A stretch of DNA of 32,000 nucleotides from Candidatus Hadarchaeota archaeon (lineage in GTDB: Archaea; Hadarchaeota; Hadarchaeia; Hadarchaeales; Hadarchaeaceae), in assembly GCA_964514965.1 (NCBI GenBank), contig CAZETV010000001.1, positions 120,001-152,000 on the forward strand, written 5' to 3'. The position numbers and the translations under genes are program-made. The notes under the pieces were generated by a model. It made no database searches. It was given only the letters and a program-made list of their open reading frames with translations, and had not been told where the DNA came from. The stretch's first letter is position 1, and each line of letters begins with the position of its first letter. Positions 17,518-26,220 of this stretch are shown in pieces.

Positions 17518-18191
17518 TTTAAGGCATGCCTCGCTTCTTTTATCCATTTGATGCATTGTTTAACTTTCTCCTTTATACCTTCGAAATCTCCTGCTTTCAC
17601 TAAGTCTTTATCGATAAGCTTGCCGCCGATATTCAAGGCTGCCGCACCTGCTTTAATCCAGGAGAAAATATCTTCGTGAGTAGTTTCTACCCCGCCTGCA
17701 GGCATTAGTTTAGACCAAGGACAAGGTACGAGCACGGCTTTTATGAAATAAGGCGTCACCACTTTTGCTGGGAACACCTTTACGATGTCTGCGCCCATCT
17801 CCTCAGCTTTAGAAATTTCAGATGGGCTGTTGCAACCTGGAACATAAGTCACTTTGCGACGATTACAAATCTTTGCTACTTCTGGGTTGAAGAGAGGGCC
17901 AACTATGAAGTTCGCCCCACTATCGATGTAGAGAACTGCGGTGGTGGGGTCTATTATCGTTCCAACACCCAAGATGAGGTCTGGAAGTTCTTTGTTGGAC
18001 CATTTCGCTAACTCGGTAAAGACTTGGTATGCGAAGTCCCCCCTGTTGGTAAATTCGACGACCGTGGCTCCGCCGTCGTAGCAGGCTCGGACGATTTTCT
18101 TCGCTATCTCAACATCTGCATGATAGAAAATTGGAAGTAATCCGATATCGAGAAGTTTGGCTGTAACTTCGTGTTTTAGGAATTTCGGCAC
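17514..18191 (-). CDS. eda: 2-dehydro-3-deoxyphosphogluconate / 4-hydroxy-2-oxoglutarate aldolase
   Basis: 225 aa. The Eda family pattern is EFTNRG, GVGTI, GANFIVGP, PGCNSPSE and VKVFPA (Schiff-base Lys context), then MPAGGV. Confidence 0.85.
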   Translation of the reverse strand: MPKFLKHEVTAKLLDIGLLPIFYHADVEIAKKIVRACYDGGATVVEFTNRGDFAYQVFTELAKWSNKELPDLILGVGTIIDPTTAVLYIDSGANFIVGPLFNPEVAKICNRRKVTYVPGCNSPSEISKAEEMGADIVKVFPAKVVTPYFIKAVLVPCPWSKLMPAGGVETTHEDIFSWIKAGAAALNIGGKLIDKDLVKAGDFEGIKEKVKQCIKWIKEARHALK

Positions 18192-18195
18192 GTTA

Positions 18196-19281
18196 TCATC
18201 TCACTATCCTACCTGAAACGACTCCCCGCATCAACCTCTCTATTTCATCCATCCTGATTACCGCGAAATCGCCGGGTATCGTGTGCTTTAGACAAGAGGC
18301 CGCGACCGCAAAGTCTAGAGCTCTCTGATAATCTCCCTCGTGGGTTAATAGGCTGTGGATCATGCCTCCAGAGAAACAGTCGCCGGCCCCGATTCTGTCG
18401 ACGATGTGGGTGATATCATATGTGGCAGTTTTGTATAGTTTTTTTCCATCGTATAAAACACCTGTCCAAGTGTTATGGCTCGCGCTTATGCTCCCCCTTA
18501 GGGTGATTGCTTCTAATCTGAGGTTTGGGAATCTCTCCATTAACTTCTCCGCAACGAAACGATAACTCTCAGCTTCCACTTTACCCTTTGTTACATCCGT
18601 CCCTGGAGCTTTAATTCCAAACACCTTCTCCACATCCTCTTCATTACAGATACTGATGTCGACGTATTTCATCAGTTCTGACATAACGTCTCCCGGGGTT
18701 CTTCCCCATTTCCAGAGCTTGGAGCGGTAATTCAAATCGCAGGACACAGTTACCCCCATTTCCTTTGCTTTCTTGACTGCTTCGAAACAAGTTTCCGCCG
18801 CTCCTCGGCTCACGGCAGGGGTTATTCCAGTCCAGTGGAACCAGCGAGCATCAGAAAAAACTTTATCCCAATCTATCATTCCGGGTTCTATCGTTGCAAA
18901 GGCTGAATTACCCCTGTCGTAAATCACCTTGTTGGGCCTGTGTACAGCTCCGATTTCGGCAAAATAAATTCCTATGCGATCTCCACCTCGAATTATCTTA
19001 TCAACACCTACTCCGAACTGGCGGAGGTGGCTGATACAGGCGTCTCCCAAATCGTTATCGGGGAGACGTGTTACGAAATCCACTGGGAGCCCCAAGTTCG
19101 CTATAGCTACGGCAACATTACCTCCAGCTCCAGCATACATCGCATCGAACGATCTTGACTGCAAAAACCTCATGAAACCTGGTGTCGATAACCGGAGCAT
19201 CATTTCGCCGAATGTTACTATTTTTTTGTCCAAATAACCACTTTTCATTTCTTTTCCCTTATTTATATCTCTGTTTTTCAT
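18196..19281 (-). CDS. kdgK: 2-dehydro-3-deoxygluconokinase (PfkB family)
   Basis: VTFGEMMLRLSTPG...GAGGNVAVAIANLG and DRIGAGDCFSGG. It lies 4 nt upstream of eda. A TTTTTTAAAA box sits about 20 nt upstream of ATG 19281, so the transcript may be leaderless. Confidence 0.75.
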   Translation of the reverse strand: MKNRDINKGKEMKSGYLDKKIVTFGEMMLRLSTPGFMRFLQSRSFDAMYAGAGGNVAVAIANLGLPVDFVTRLPDNDLGDACISHLRQFGVGVDKIIRGGDRIGIYFAEIGAVHRPNKVIYDRGNSAFATIEPGMIDWDKVFSDARWFHWTGITPAVSRGAAETCFEAVKKAKEMGVTVSCDLNYRSKLWKWGRTPGDVMSELMKYVDISICNEEDVEKVFGIKAPGTDVTKGKVEAESYRFVAEKLMERFPNLRLEAITLRGSISASHNTWTGVLYDGKKLYKTATYDITHIVDRIGAGDCFSGGMIHSLLTHEGDYQRALDFAVAASCLKHTIPGDFAVIRMDEIERLMRGVVSGRIVR

Positions 19282-19412
19282 GTAAGTTTTAAGACCACTT
19301 TTAAAAAACTCCCATTCACAAAAGCCGACTTTTATTTTGGCATCTTTTCGAAATTAGTGAGTAAACACTTAATTTTTTAGGCTTTGAGAGCGCTCCCAAT
19401 TGCAGTGATAAG

Positions 19413-20897
19413 GTGCCCCAAAAGCATGAAGAACTGATGGAGCTTGCTAAGCGACGCGGGTTCGTCTGGCCCTCGTTTGAGATTTATGGGGGAGTTGCAG
19501 GTTTCTATGATTTCGGGCCGCTCGGAGCACTTTTGAAGAACAAGATTATTCAGAAGTGGCGTGAGTACTACGTTGTTAAGGAAGGGTTTTTCGAGATAAA
19601 TTCTCCCAACGTTATGCCTGAGGAGGTCCTTAAGGCGAGCGGGCATGTTAATCACTTCGTTGACGCGATGGTCGAGTGCCAGAAGTGTGGTGCTGCATTC
19701 AAAGTTGCAGATTTGGCGCGCGAGCAAACAGGTAAGGATATCGAGGGCATGCCCAAAGAGGAGATGAATCAGTTCGTGAAAGAGCATCGAATGCGCTGCC
19801 CGGACTGCGGCGGAGAACTGGGGAAAATTTTCGATTTCAACGCAATGTTTCGAACGGCGGTTGGCCCTGGGAGTCAGCGAGTGGGTTACTTGAGGCCGGA
19901 AACTGCGCAGGGGATTTTCATCGACTTCAAGCGACTCCAGCGCCACGCGCGAGGCAAGCTACCGTTTGGGGTAGTGCAAATTGGCAAAGGCTACCGCAAC
20001 GAGATTTCCCCGCGTCAGGGCATCATAAGGTTGCGAGAGTTCACGATGGCAGAAGCCGAGGTCTTCTTCGATTCAGAGGATTCTCATCACCCAAAGTTTT
20101 CCGAGTTGGCAGGCGAACAGCTCAGACTTTGGCTGGCGGTCGACCAACAGCAGGGCAAAGAAAAACTAACTGAGGTAATGGCTGGAGATGCTGTTAAGCA
20201 AAAGCTCGTGTGCAATGAACTGATGGCGTACTACCTCGCGCTCACCAAGCGTTTCCTGCTCGATTTGGGTATCCCAAACGAGGCAATTCGATTTAGGGAA
20301 CAAACCCCAGGTCAACGGGCACATTACTCCAGCGAGACATGGGACGCCGAGATATCAACTGAAAGATTCGGTTGGGTCGAGGTTGCGGGACTGGCCAACC
20401 GTACAGATTACGATCTTTCACGTCACGCTGAATTTAGCAAGGAAGACCTAACGATATTTTCAGCAGATAAAAAGCGGAAAGTGCTCTGTCACGTGCTGGA
20501 ACCCTCTTATGGCATCGATCGCCCACTTTATTGCATGCTTGAGCACTCGTATGTGTCGGAGAAGAAACGCAAGTATCTTCGGCTTAAGAAAGAGTTTGCG
20601 CCCCTCGAGGTCGGCGTCTTCCCATTGCTTAACCGCGATGGAATACCCGAGAAAGCCCGCGAAGTTCATGACGCTTTGAGGGCAGGGGGTTTAATGGCTG
20701 AATATGACGATTCTGGGTCAATCGGTCGAAGATACGCGCGGGCTGACGAGATAGGAACACCATATTGCGTGACAATTGATTATCAAACTCTTGAAGATGA
20801 CACTGTAACTATTAGAAACCGTGATGACACTTCACAAGTAAGAGTCAGTACACTTAGTCTAGCCGATACAATAATCAACTTAATTAGGGGTTCTTAA
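19413..20897 (+). CDS. glyS: Glycine--tRNA ligase, alpha2 (archaeal/eukaryotic) type
   Basis: LAKRRGFVWPSFEIYGGVAGFYDFGPLG, Cys pairs CQKCG...CPDCGG, FNAMFRT, LRPETAQG and the anticodon-binding C-terminus GRRYARADEIGTPYCVTID. Start is GTG 19413 or in-frame ATG 19437. Confidence 0.9.
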   Translation: MPQKHEELMELAKRRGFVWPSFEIYGGVAGFYDFGPLGALLKNKIIQKWREYYVVKEGFFEINSPNVMPEEVLKASGHVNHFVDAMVECQKCGAAFKVADLAREQTGKDIEGMPKEEMNQFVKEHRMRCPDCGGELGKIFDFNAMFRTAVGPGSQRVGYLRPETAQGIFIDFKRLQRHARGKLPFGVVQIGKGYRNEISPRQGIIRLREFTMAEAEVFFDSEDSHHPKFSELAGEQLRLWLAVDQQQGKEKLTEVMAGDAVKQKLVCNELMAYYLALTKRFLLDLGIPNEAIRFREQTPGQRAHYSSETWDAEISTERFGWVEVAGLANRTDYDLSRHAEFSKEDLTIFSADKKRKVLCHVLEPSYGIDRPLYCMLEHSYVSEKKRKYLRLKKEFAPLEVGVFPLLNRDGIPEKAREVHDALRAGGLMAEYDDSGSIGRRYARADEIGTPYCVTIDYQTLEDDTVTIRNRDDTSQVRVSTLSLADTIINLIRGS

Positions 20898-20981
20898 TCT
20901 AAGAAACCCAACCAGCTCGCTTCTTCAAATTCTATTGAAACAGCAGTTAGGTCTCGATTAAGGCGATATCTTATCTAACAT

Positions 20982-21884
20982 TCAAAACCGATCTAGGCTG
21001 GTCATGTAAAACTTTTCGCCATAAACTTGCTTGAAGGTTGCATTGTTTGTCAACTGTTTTACCATTAGTACTCCGTAACTTCTTCTGTGGATGATATACC
21101 CCAGAGATTCATAGCTTCTCAGTATTTTCCCGTCAAGAATTGTTGTATCATAAACTACTTGTGTGGCTTCATGCTCAAGAGAATGAATTAGCTTCTTTGT
21201 TTCTTCGGTACTGGTTGCAACAATTTCTTTGATGCGCAGTATTCCCTCTTCATTTTTGAATAGGGCATAGCCATTTTTATCGAGTAGAATCGTTTCAGGT
21301 GTTATTTTCTCGCGTTTATAAAGAATCTTAAAATAGTTCGCATCTCTTACAACAATTCCCGTTTTATCCATGGCGAATTCGTCATAGATTTTGGAAATTT
21401 TCTCCCAGTCAATTTCTTTTTCTCTCTTTTTTGGAGTTTTCGTTTCAACAAATTTGTAAGCACTTAGAAAATCTGTTGCATCTTCATAACCACGTTTTCG
21501 ATAGAAGTTATAAGCCATATATGACCGGGATGTTATTAAGAAGGAGAATCTGTAACCTTTATCTCTGAAATATTCGTGGGTTGTATTCATTAGAGTTGTG
21601 AAAATTCCCTTCCTGGTATGGCTCGGGAGAACTGCAACACCCCACATTCCTCCGGCATGTTCGATTCTACCGCCCAAGATTTTGGTTGTTAGGTCTATTA
21701 CTCCAGCAAAACCAACTATTTTGTCACCTTCAAGAGCACAAAAACCAATAGGGGTGTCCTTCAAATTTGGGTCGATTCTCGCCATTTCCTCAATTTGATG
21801 ACCAAAAGGCCGACCAAAAGCCAGACACATGAGGGGCAACATATCACTTTTGTTTTTTAGGTCTCGATACGAAATAATTTCCAT
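20982..21884 (-). CDS. GNAT family N-acetyltransferase with C-terminal extension
   Basis: 300 aa. Acetyl-CoA motif A-like VAVLPSHTRKGIFTTLM. The gene is AT-rich relative to its neighbours. Confidence 0.65.
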   Translation of the reverse strand: MEIISYRDLKNKSDMLPLMCLAFGRPFGHQIEEMARIDPNLKDTPIGFCALEGDKIVGFAGVIDLTTKILGGRIEHAGGMWGVAVLPSHTRKGIFTTLMNTTHEYFRDKGYRFSFLITSRSYMAYNFYRKRGYEDATDFLSAYKFVETKTPKKREKEIDWEKISKIYDEFAMDKTGIVVRDANYFKILYKREKITPETILLDKNGYALFKNEEGILRIKEIVATSTEETKKLIHSLEHEATQVVYDTTILDGKILRSYESLGYIIHRRSYGVLMVKQLTNNATFKQVYGEKFYMTSLDRF

Positions 21885-22011
21885 ATTGCCGAGTCACCAT
21901 CCTGTAAAATAATTCTTTTAAAATTATATAAAAACCGATGTGGCACGAGCACGCATACAAGCGTGATATCAGTATTAGCAAAAAGACGATATAAATTCCG
22001 CACCGCTAAAG

Positions 22012-22977
22012 TTAAAAAACCAAGTAAATCATGATGGGCAATGCTATGAAGAGAGATACAAAAGTCAGGTAGAACACCATCGCCCCGTAGAGCTTGAGAT
22101 CTAGCTTGAAATTGTAGGCGAGGATGATGTTGAAGATGGCGGGCGGCATTAGGGATTGAATAAGCGTGGGTTTGGGTGTAATATCAGTAGCCACATTCAA
22201 CCCAGTCAACCAGATAAATGCTAAGATCACGATCGGACAGACCAAGAATCTTATCACACCCACGATCGCCAGCTTCGATAAGTACTTGCGGGGATTGACT
22301 ATGGGCATTTGGTAACCGACGAAAATAAGCATCAAAGCGAAAAACGGCTTGGCGAGGTAAATGTCGAACGTGTCTTTCACCAAATCAGGAAGGTAGGCAT
22401 TGAAACCGACGAAGAGCATTGCTGTTATGAGCGCTATGGTTGCCGGGAAGACCAGCACATTTGCTATCACGAAGCGCGGATTTACGCGTCGCTTACTGGA
22501 GGACGATGCGAGCGCCACACCCAGAACCAAGTTTGGGATTCCTATCGCCACTGCGTAGAGACTTGCTGGCCCCAAACCCACGATTCCAACCATGGCATAA
22601 ACGAGAGGCAAGCCGAGGTGGGTGACGTTCATGAACGCGGAGTTCAAGGCGACTGCGACGGTTGTTTTTTTGTTGTAGTGCCTGAAAACTGAAAACCCTA
22701 CGGCTAGCACAAAACAGATGCCTAAACCTATAAAACCAAAAACTGCGGCGCTGCTAAATCCCAAGATAGTACGCATATTGTAGCGCGCTATCGAAACAAA
22801 GACCACAGTTGGCAGCATCACCCATAGGATGACTACATTGAGGTAGCGAAATGCTGGCTTAGCGAGCAACCCTAAAATTTTGACACGGCCTGCGACAACT
22901 CTTGCGATAACTCCAACGATAATGAGCCCCAATACGTAGAAGGTAGGTGTTATGTAATCTCCGGGCATAGATTTCAC
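22012..22977 (-). CDS. AEC (auxin efflux carrier) family membrane transporter
   Basis: About 10 hydrophobic helices in a two-halves architecture. Start is GTG 22977 or ATG 22968; the latter lies 5 nt after GGTGA. Confidence 0.7.
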   Translation of the reverse strand: MKSMPGDYITPTFYVLGLIIVGVIARVVAGRVKILGLLAKPAFRYLNVVILWVMLPTVVFVSIARYNMRTILGFSSAAVFGFIGLGICFVLAVGFSVFRHYNKKTTVAVALNSAFMNVTHLGLPLVYAMVGIVGLGPASLYAVAIGIPNLVLGVALASSSSKRRVNPRFVIANVLVFPATIALITAMLFVGFNAYLPDLVKDTFDIYLAKPFFALMLIFVGYQMPIVNPRKYLSKLAIVGVIRFLVCPIVILAFIWLTGLNVATDITPKPTLIQSLMPPAIFNIILAYNFKLDLKLYGAMVFYLTFVSLFIALPIMIYLVF

Positions 22978-23220
22978 CAGTGGTTTTTGCTTGCTTGATT
23001 TGGCCTCCCAATTGCGCGGTTACTCCCAGCGCGACATAGCGATGAGCGCGGGTCTCGCTCGGTGAACACTCTCGCTTTCGGCCCCAGTAGTGTCGTTATT
23101 ATCTTAAATTTTTTTATCTTTTCCACCCGCATCATCTTCCAACCTCGTCGCGTTTTGCCAATCTATTTTTGGGTTGATAAACATTTTGTTCCATCAATAT
23201 TCAACTAAAAATATATTTTT

Positions 23221-23260
23221 TAGTATAGATAAACTTAAATGGATATAAAATAGTATAGAT
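23221..23260. repeat. Perfect 10-bp direct repeat TAGTATAGAT x2 (23221-23230, 23251-23260), 30-nt periodicity, just upstream of the wHTH gene
   Basis: Read directly from the sequence. It lies 18 nt upstream of ATG 23278 and is flanked by the AT-rich box AAAAATATATTTTTT. Confidence 0.6.
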
Positions 23261-23277
23261 TTGGGGGAGATGGCGAC

Positions 23278-23784
23278 ATGAATAAGAAAGTAAATAGGGG
23301 CGTAGAAAACTTTTTTTTACAAGATAAGCCAGTAAAAGCCTTAATTTTGTTAAAAAGGGAGAGTAAACAGCTTTACACGGCTATAATCTCTAAAGAAATC
23401 GATTGCACGTATGCGCACACTTTAAATGTGCTTTCAGAGCTAGAAAAGCTAAAATTAGTCATTTTTAAGGAAAGGGGGAGAGTTAAACTGGTTAATTTGA
23501 CAGAACTCGGAGAAGAAGCCGCCGAAGTCATTGAAAATTTCATTGATCTACTTAAACTTGGGGAGGTAGAGGCGGAGGTTAATCAGCTCTACGAACGAGA
23601 TGTTAAAGGACATTTAAGGGATGAAATGAACAAAAAGGATATATCTAGACAATTAGAGAAATATAAAGGCAATTTAAGGCTATTAGCTGATGGACGGCCC
23701 CAAAATGTTTTGCTTTTTGCAAAAAAGCTCTTAAAAAAAGTGGAAGGGATTGAAGCAGAAGCGCTTGGATACCCACCAAGTTGA
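23278..23784 (+). CDS. Winged-helix DNA-binding protein with coiled-coil C-terminus (putative transcription regulator)
   Basis: 168 aa. The wHTH-like segment is LYTAIISKEIDCTYAHTLNVLSELEKLKLVIFKERGRVKLVNLTELG. A repeat pair lies upstream. Confidence 0.55.
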   Translation: MNKKVNRGVENFFLQDKPVKALILLKRESKQLYTAIISKEIDCTYAHTLNVLSELEKLKLVIFKERGRVKLVNLTELGEEAAEVIENFIDLLKLGEVEAEVNQLYERDVKGHLRDEMNKKDISRQLEKYKGNLRLLADGRPQNVLLFAKKLLKKVEGIEAEALGYPPS

Positions 23785-23896
23785 AATCTCTATTAAAAAA
23801 GGGCTAAATCCCTCTTGCAGGGTAATTATCCGAAAGCAGGGGTCTTCTACCTCCGGATTTCTTGCGAACTCCACCCCCCCCGAGTGGGTCAGTTAC

Positions 23897-24032
23897 CTTT
23901 TATAAAGTAATGTGGTAAAATCAAAAATCGGCTGTGATGATGCGGCATAACTTTTGATGAGTTTTTACATTACTTAGGATAAGGTTTAAATACCAGAATT
24001 ACTTATTATAAAGCGAAAATTACTTTGCAAAG
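23897..24032. promoter_or_regulatory. Cluster of four ATTACTT-containing sites (candidate operator array) plus TATA-like boxes upstream of the second wHTH gene
   Basis: ATTACTTTATAAAAG on the minus strand at 23911-23897. On the plus strand: ATTACTTAGGATAAGG at 23969, ATTACTTATTATAAAG at 23998 and ATTACTTTGCAAAG at 24019. A TTTAAATA box lies at 23985-23992. Confidence 0.5.
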
Positions 24033-24040
24033 GTGATTAT

Positions 24041-24397
24041 ATGGAAGATAAGGGTGTGGCGGATAGAATTTTGGCGTTGGCGTACGGCAACCACCCGAAA
24101 AGCGCTTCCTTGAAACCAGAGGGGTTGAAAGTGTTGAGAGCATTGAGAGAGCAGGGCACCATGAGCATCGAACAGTTGATGGAGGTGCTGGGGTTGGATC
24201 AGAATTCCTCGGCTGGCCGCAAGCACTTTTACATTCTAATGAGACCCCTGAGAGAGACCGGCATGATTTCTACGAGAAGGGTCGGGGGCAAGACTAGCTA
24301 CTACTTAAGTTATGATGGCTTCAATCAGTACCTAAGGGAAATAAGGAAGGAAGCTGAATATTGGCTTACATCGGAGGCATTAAAAGAACGAACGTGA
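24041..24397 (+). CDS. Small winged-helix-like DNA-binding protein
   Basis: 118 aa. LKVLRALREQGTMSIEQLMEVLGL...LRETGMISTRRVGGKTSYYLS (helix-turn-helix plus wing). A GGTGAT Shine-Dalgarno site lies 4 nt before the ATG. Confidence 0.5.
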   Translation: MEDKGVADRILALAYGNHPKSASLKPEGLKVLRALREQGTMSIEQLMEVLGLDQNSSAGRKHFYILMRPLRETGMISTRRVGGKTSYYLSYDGFNQYLREIRKEAEYWLTSEALKERT

Positions 24398-24416
24398 TGA
24401 TAAAAGAGGGATACAC

Positions 24417-24740
24417 TTGGCCAAGAAAACTGGAAAAACGCTCGTGAAGATGAGACAGCAAATACGTGCTGCGAAGCTGGCGAGATACAAGCGCGAGCTG
24501 GTGCAGGCTGGAGTAAGCTTAGGAATGCCTAAGCCGTCTGAAGAGGCACGAAAGGAAAAGGATGAAGAGTTGAAGCGGCTTTACTTGGAGCTTTTTTCGA
24601 AGTCTGAAGAAAGTGCGCAGGAAAAGTCGGCTGAACAACCTTTGGCCCAGGGAGAACATGAGAAAAAGACACCACAGGAAGGGGGAGCGCCTAAACCTCC
24701 CGTCCAGAAACCCACCGAAGAATCGGAGCACGGTAGCTAA
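24417..24740 (+). CDS. Hypothetical Lys/Glu-rich, probably disordered protein
   Basis: 107 aa with a TTG start 19 nt after the previous stop. Low-complexity charged sequence with no recognisable domain. Confidence 0.4.
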   Translation: MAKKTGKTLVKMRQQIRAAKLARYKRELVQAGVSLGMPKPSEEARKEKDEELKRLYLELFSKSEESAQEKSAEQPLAQGEHEKKTPQEGGAPKPPVQKPTEESEHGS

Positions 24741-24839
24741 TCGTAGAAATAGAAAAACGCCAGGTCTGGTTGTCTAGCATACATGCTTGGAAAAAATTGA
24801 ATTGAAAAGGGATAAGCAATAGCTAAACGAATTTGCAAT

Positions 24840-25019
24840 TTGGAAAAGAATAAAACGCAATGCAATTGCACGTATGAACCTTGCCCACGAAAGGGCATCT
24901 GTTGTGAGTGTATTCAATATCACTGGCGGATGCGAGAACTACCCGCCTGTGTTTTCCCAAAAGATGTAGAGCGAACCTACGATCGTTCACTGGAACGGTT
25001 TATTGAGTGCGCCAGATAG
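24840..25019 (+). CDS. Small Cys-rich protein (59 aa), CxCTYEPC..GICCEC..YH pattern
   Basis: My translation: [59 protein letters not shown]. It has 8 Cys in 59 aa and a TTG start. It falls below the ORF-track length cutoff. It resembles a conserved small Cys-rich family that I believe is Pfam DUF6485, unverified. Confidence 0.5.
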   Translation: MEKNKTQCNCTYEPCPRKGICCECIQYHWRMRELPACVFPKDVERTYDRSLERFIECAR

Positions 25020-25101
25020 TGGTATCTAATCTTAGAATAGCAGAAATTTTGCCATGCCCGCGCCAGTTATTATCTATCCAAACAGTTACTATGTCTCTTG
25101 T

Positions 25102-25830
25102 TCAAACTCCCAGCGACTCGTTCGGTACGTTCTGTATTGGTTTTCCGTGTGTGGTTAAGTTGACGATATTTGCGTTAAATTCCCCGGCCAGCCACGTGAG
25201 TAAATCGTTGCATATCTCGAGTTTGATGAGTTTTCGCTTGATGTCCTTGTTGCCTGAGTGCCGTCCGATTTTCGTGCCGAGATCCATTCCAGCTAGGTAT
25301 ATCTTGCTCGCCCCCAACTCATGCGCTATAAAGGCTGCACGATCGCCGTCAGTAAATCCTCCGAAATTGAAGAGTTTGCCGAAAGGCTCGACCTGTGTGG
25401 TGCCGATGATTCGATCCTTTAACTGGGGGATGATTTTACGCACTTGTGCAACATTGTCTCCGTGGGCATGCACGACCAACCAAGAGCCTCGCTTCCAGGC
25501 CTCAAGCTGGTCATCGACTGAGCAATCCAAGTCAGTAACAATGATATCGGGGTTGCAATATCTGAACACGGCAGAGGTCGCACCATCTGCGGCGATCAAG
25601 GCCTTTTTCAAATAGCCCGCCTGTTCGAGTTTCTTGAGGTCTAAGTCGAGCGATGGACCGGCCCCGAAGACGACGCACTCGTGCCCACGAATAATGTTAG
25701 TCAGCTTCTGGATATCTGGCGGGGGCAGGAGCCCGTCAAGTAGCTTGGCAGCGTCCTCATCCGCCCTATGGTCAAGTTTTAACTTTTCCACGATTTGGTT
25801 GTACCAAGGTTTCCAAATTTCCCAGCGCAT
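25102..25830 (-). CDS. mptE: MptE-like 6-hydroxymethyl-7,8-dihydropterin pyrophosphokinase (DUF115 family)
   Basis: VVFGAGPSL, IAADGATS, PDIIVTDLD and VVHAHGDN motifs. I trimmed the start to ATG 25830 (MRWEIWKPWYNQI...), 4 nt after the JAB stop. The ORF-track start 25935 would overlap the JAB gene by about 100 nt. Confidence 0.7.
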   Translation of the reverse strand: MRWEIWKPWYNQIVEKLKLDHRADEDAAKLLDGLLPPPDIQKLTNIIRGHECVVFGAGPSLDLDLKKLEQAGYLKKALIAADGATSAVFRYCNPDIIVTDLDCSVDDQLEAWKRGSWLVVHAHGDNVAQVRKIIPQLKDRIIGTTQVEPFGKLFNFGGFTDGDRAAFIAHELGASKIYLAGMDLGTKIGRHSGNKDIKRKLIKLEICNDLLTWLAGEFNANIVNLTTHGKPIQNVPNESLGV

Positions 25831-25834
25831 ATCC

Positions 25835-26209
25835 TCAGCCCACGACTTCCAATATGACTTCTTCCCCTCGGTGGTTGTAAGCTTTCCAAGAGCGCTCATC
25901 GTATGGGGAAGCGGCGATGATGTGTATGTGTCCAAACTTCGCGAAAAGTGCTAGATCCTCTCTGGAAGGCGAAGCGTTTGTAGAGGGGTGACTGTGCACG
26001 GTGCCGCAGGCGCTTGGGTCTATTGGGAGCATGTGTAGCTTGAAAACTGCTGATCTGCCAGATGAGATGGTTCCGGGAAGTATGAGCACTTCCTTGACGA
26101 CATCTCCGGCTGCGCGCAACACTCCTGCGAATTCATTAGGGTGAATAGAGCGAGAGGCCCCTAGGATAAAATCCAAAGTCTCCCTGTCGATGCGGGAAAT
26201 TCGTTTCAT
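25835..26209 (-). CDS. Stand-alone JAB/MPN (JAMM) metalloprotease-like protein
   Basis: JAMM motif E...HSHPSTNASPSREDL (HxHx7Sxx D) with upstream PNEFAG. I trimmed the start to ATG 26209 (MKRISR...), 11 nt after the transglutaminase-like stop. Confidence 0.8.
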   Translation of the reverse strand: MKRISRIDRETLDFILGASRSIHPNEFAGVLRAAGDVVKEVLILPGTISSGRSAVFKLHMLPIDPSACGTVHSHPSTNASPSREDLALFAKFGHIHIIAASPYDERSWKAYNHRGEEVILEVVG

Positions 26210-26220
26210 CTTCTCAGCAC

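Noticed and set aside
22974-23135. A 53-aa basic ORF on the minus strand (MMRVEKIKKF...NHW), whose TGA overlaps the GTG/Shine-Dalgarno site of the AEC transporter. It lies within a GC-richer stretch (about 23005-23100) carrying short AGCGCG and TCTCGCT repeats and a GAGCG/CGCTC stem.
   Set aside because: No homology was recognised and only 4-5 bp stems were found. It may simply be a 5' leader and needs comparative or RNA-structure analysis before it can be called.
23934-23976. A possible archaeal C/D-box sRNA: GTGATGA (23934-23940), a second TGATGA (23955-23960), and CTTA 12 nt further on.
   Set aside because: The spacing between the C and C' boxes (14 nt) leaves no room for a guide plus a D' box. 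There is no CTGA D box (CTTA only) and no terminal stem complementarity.
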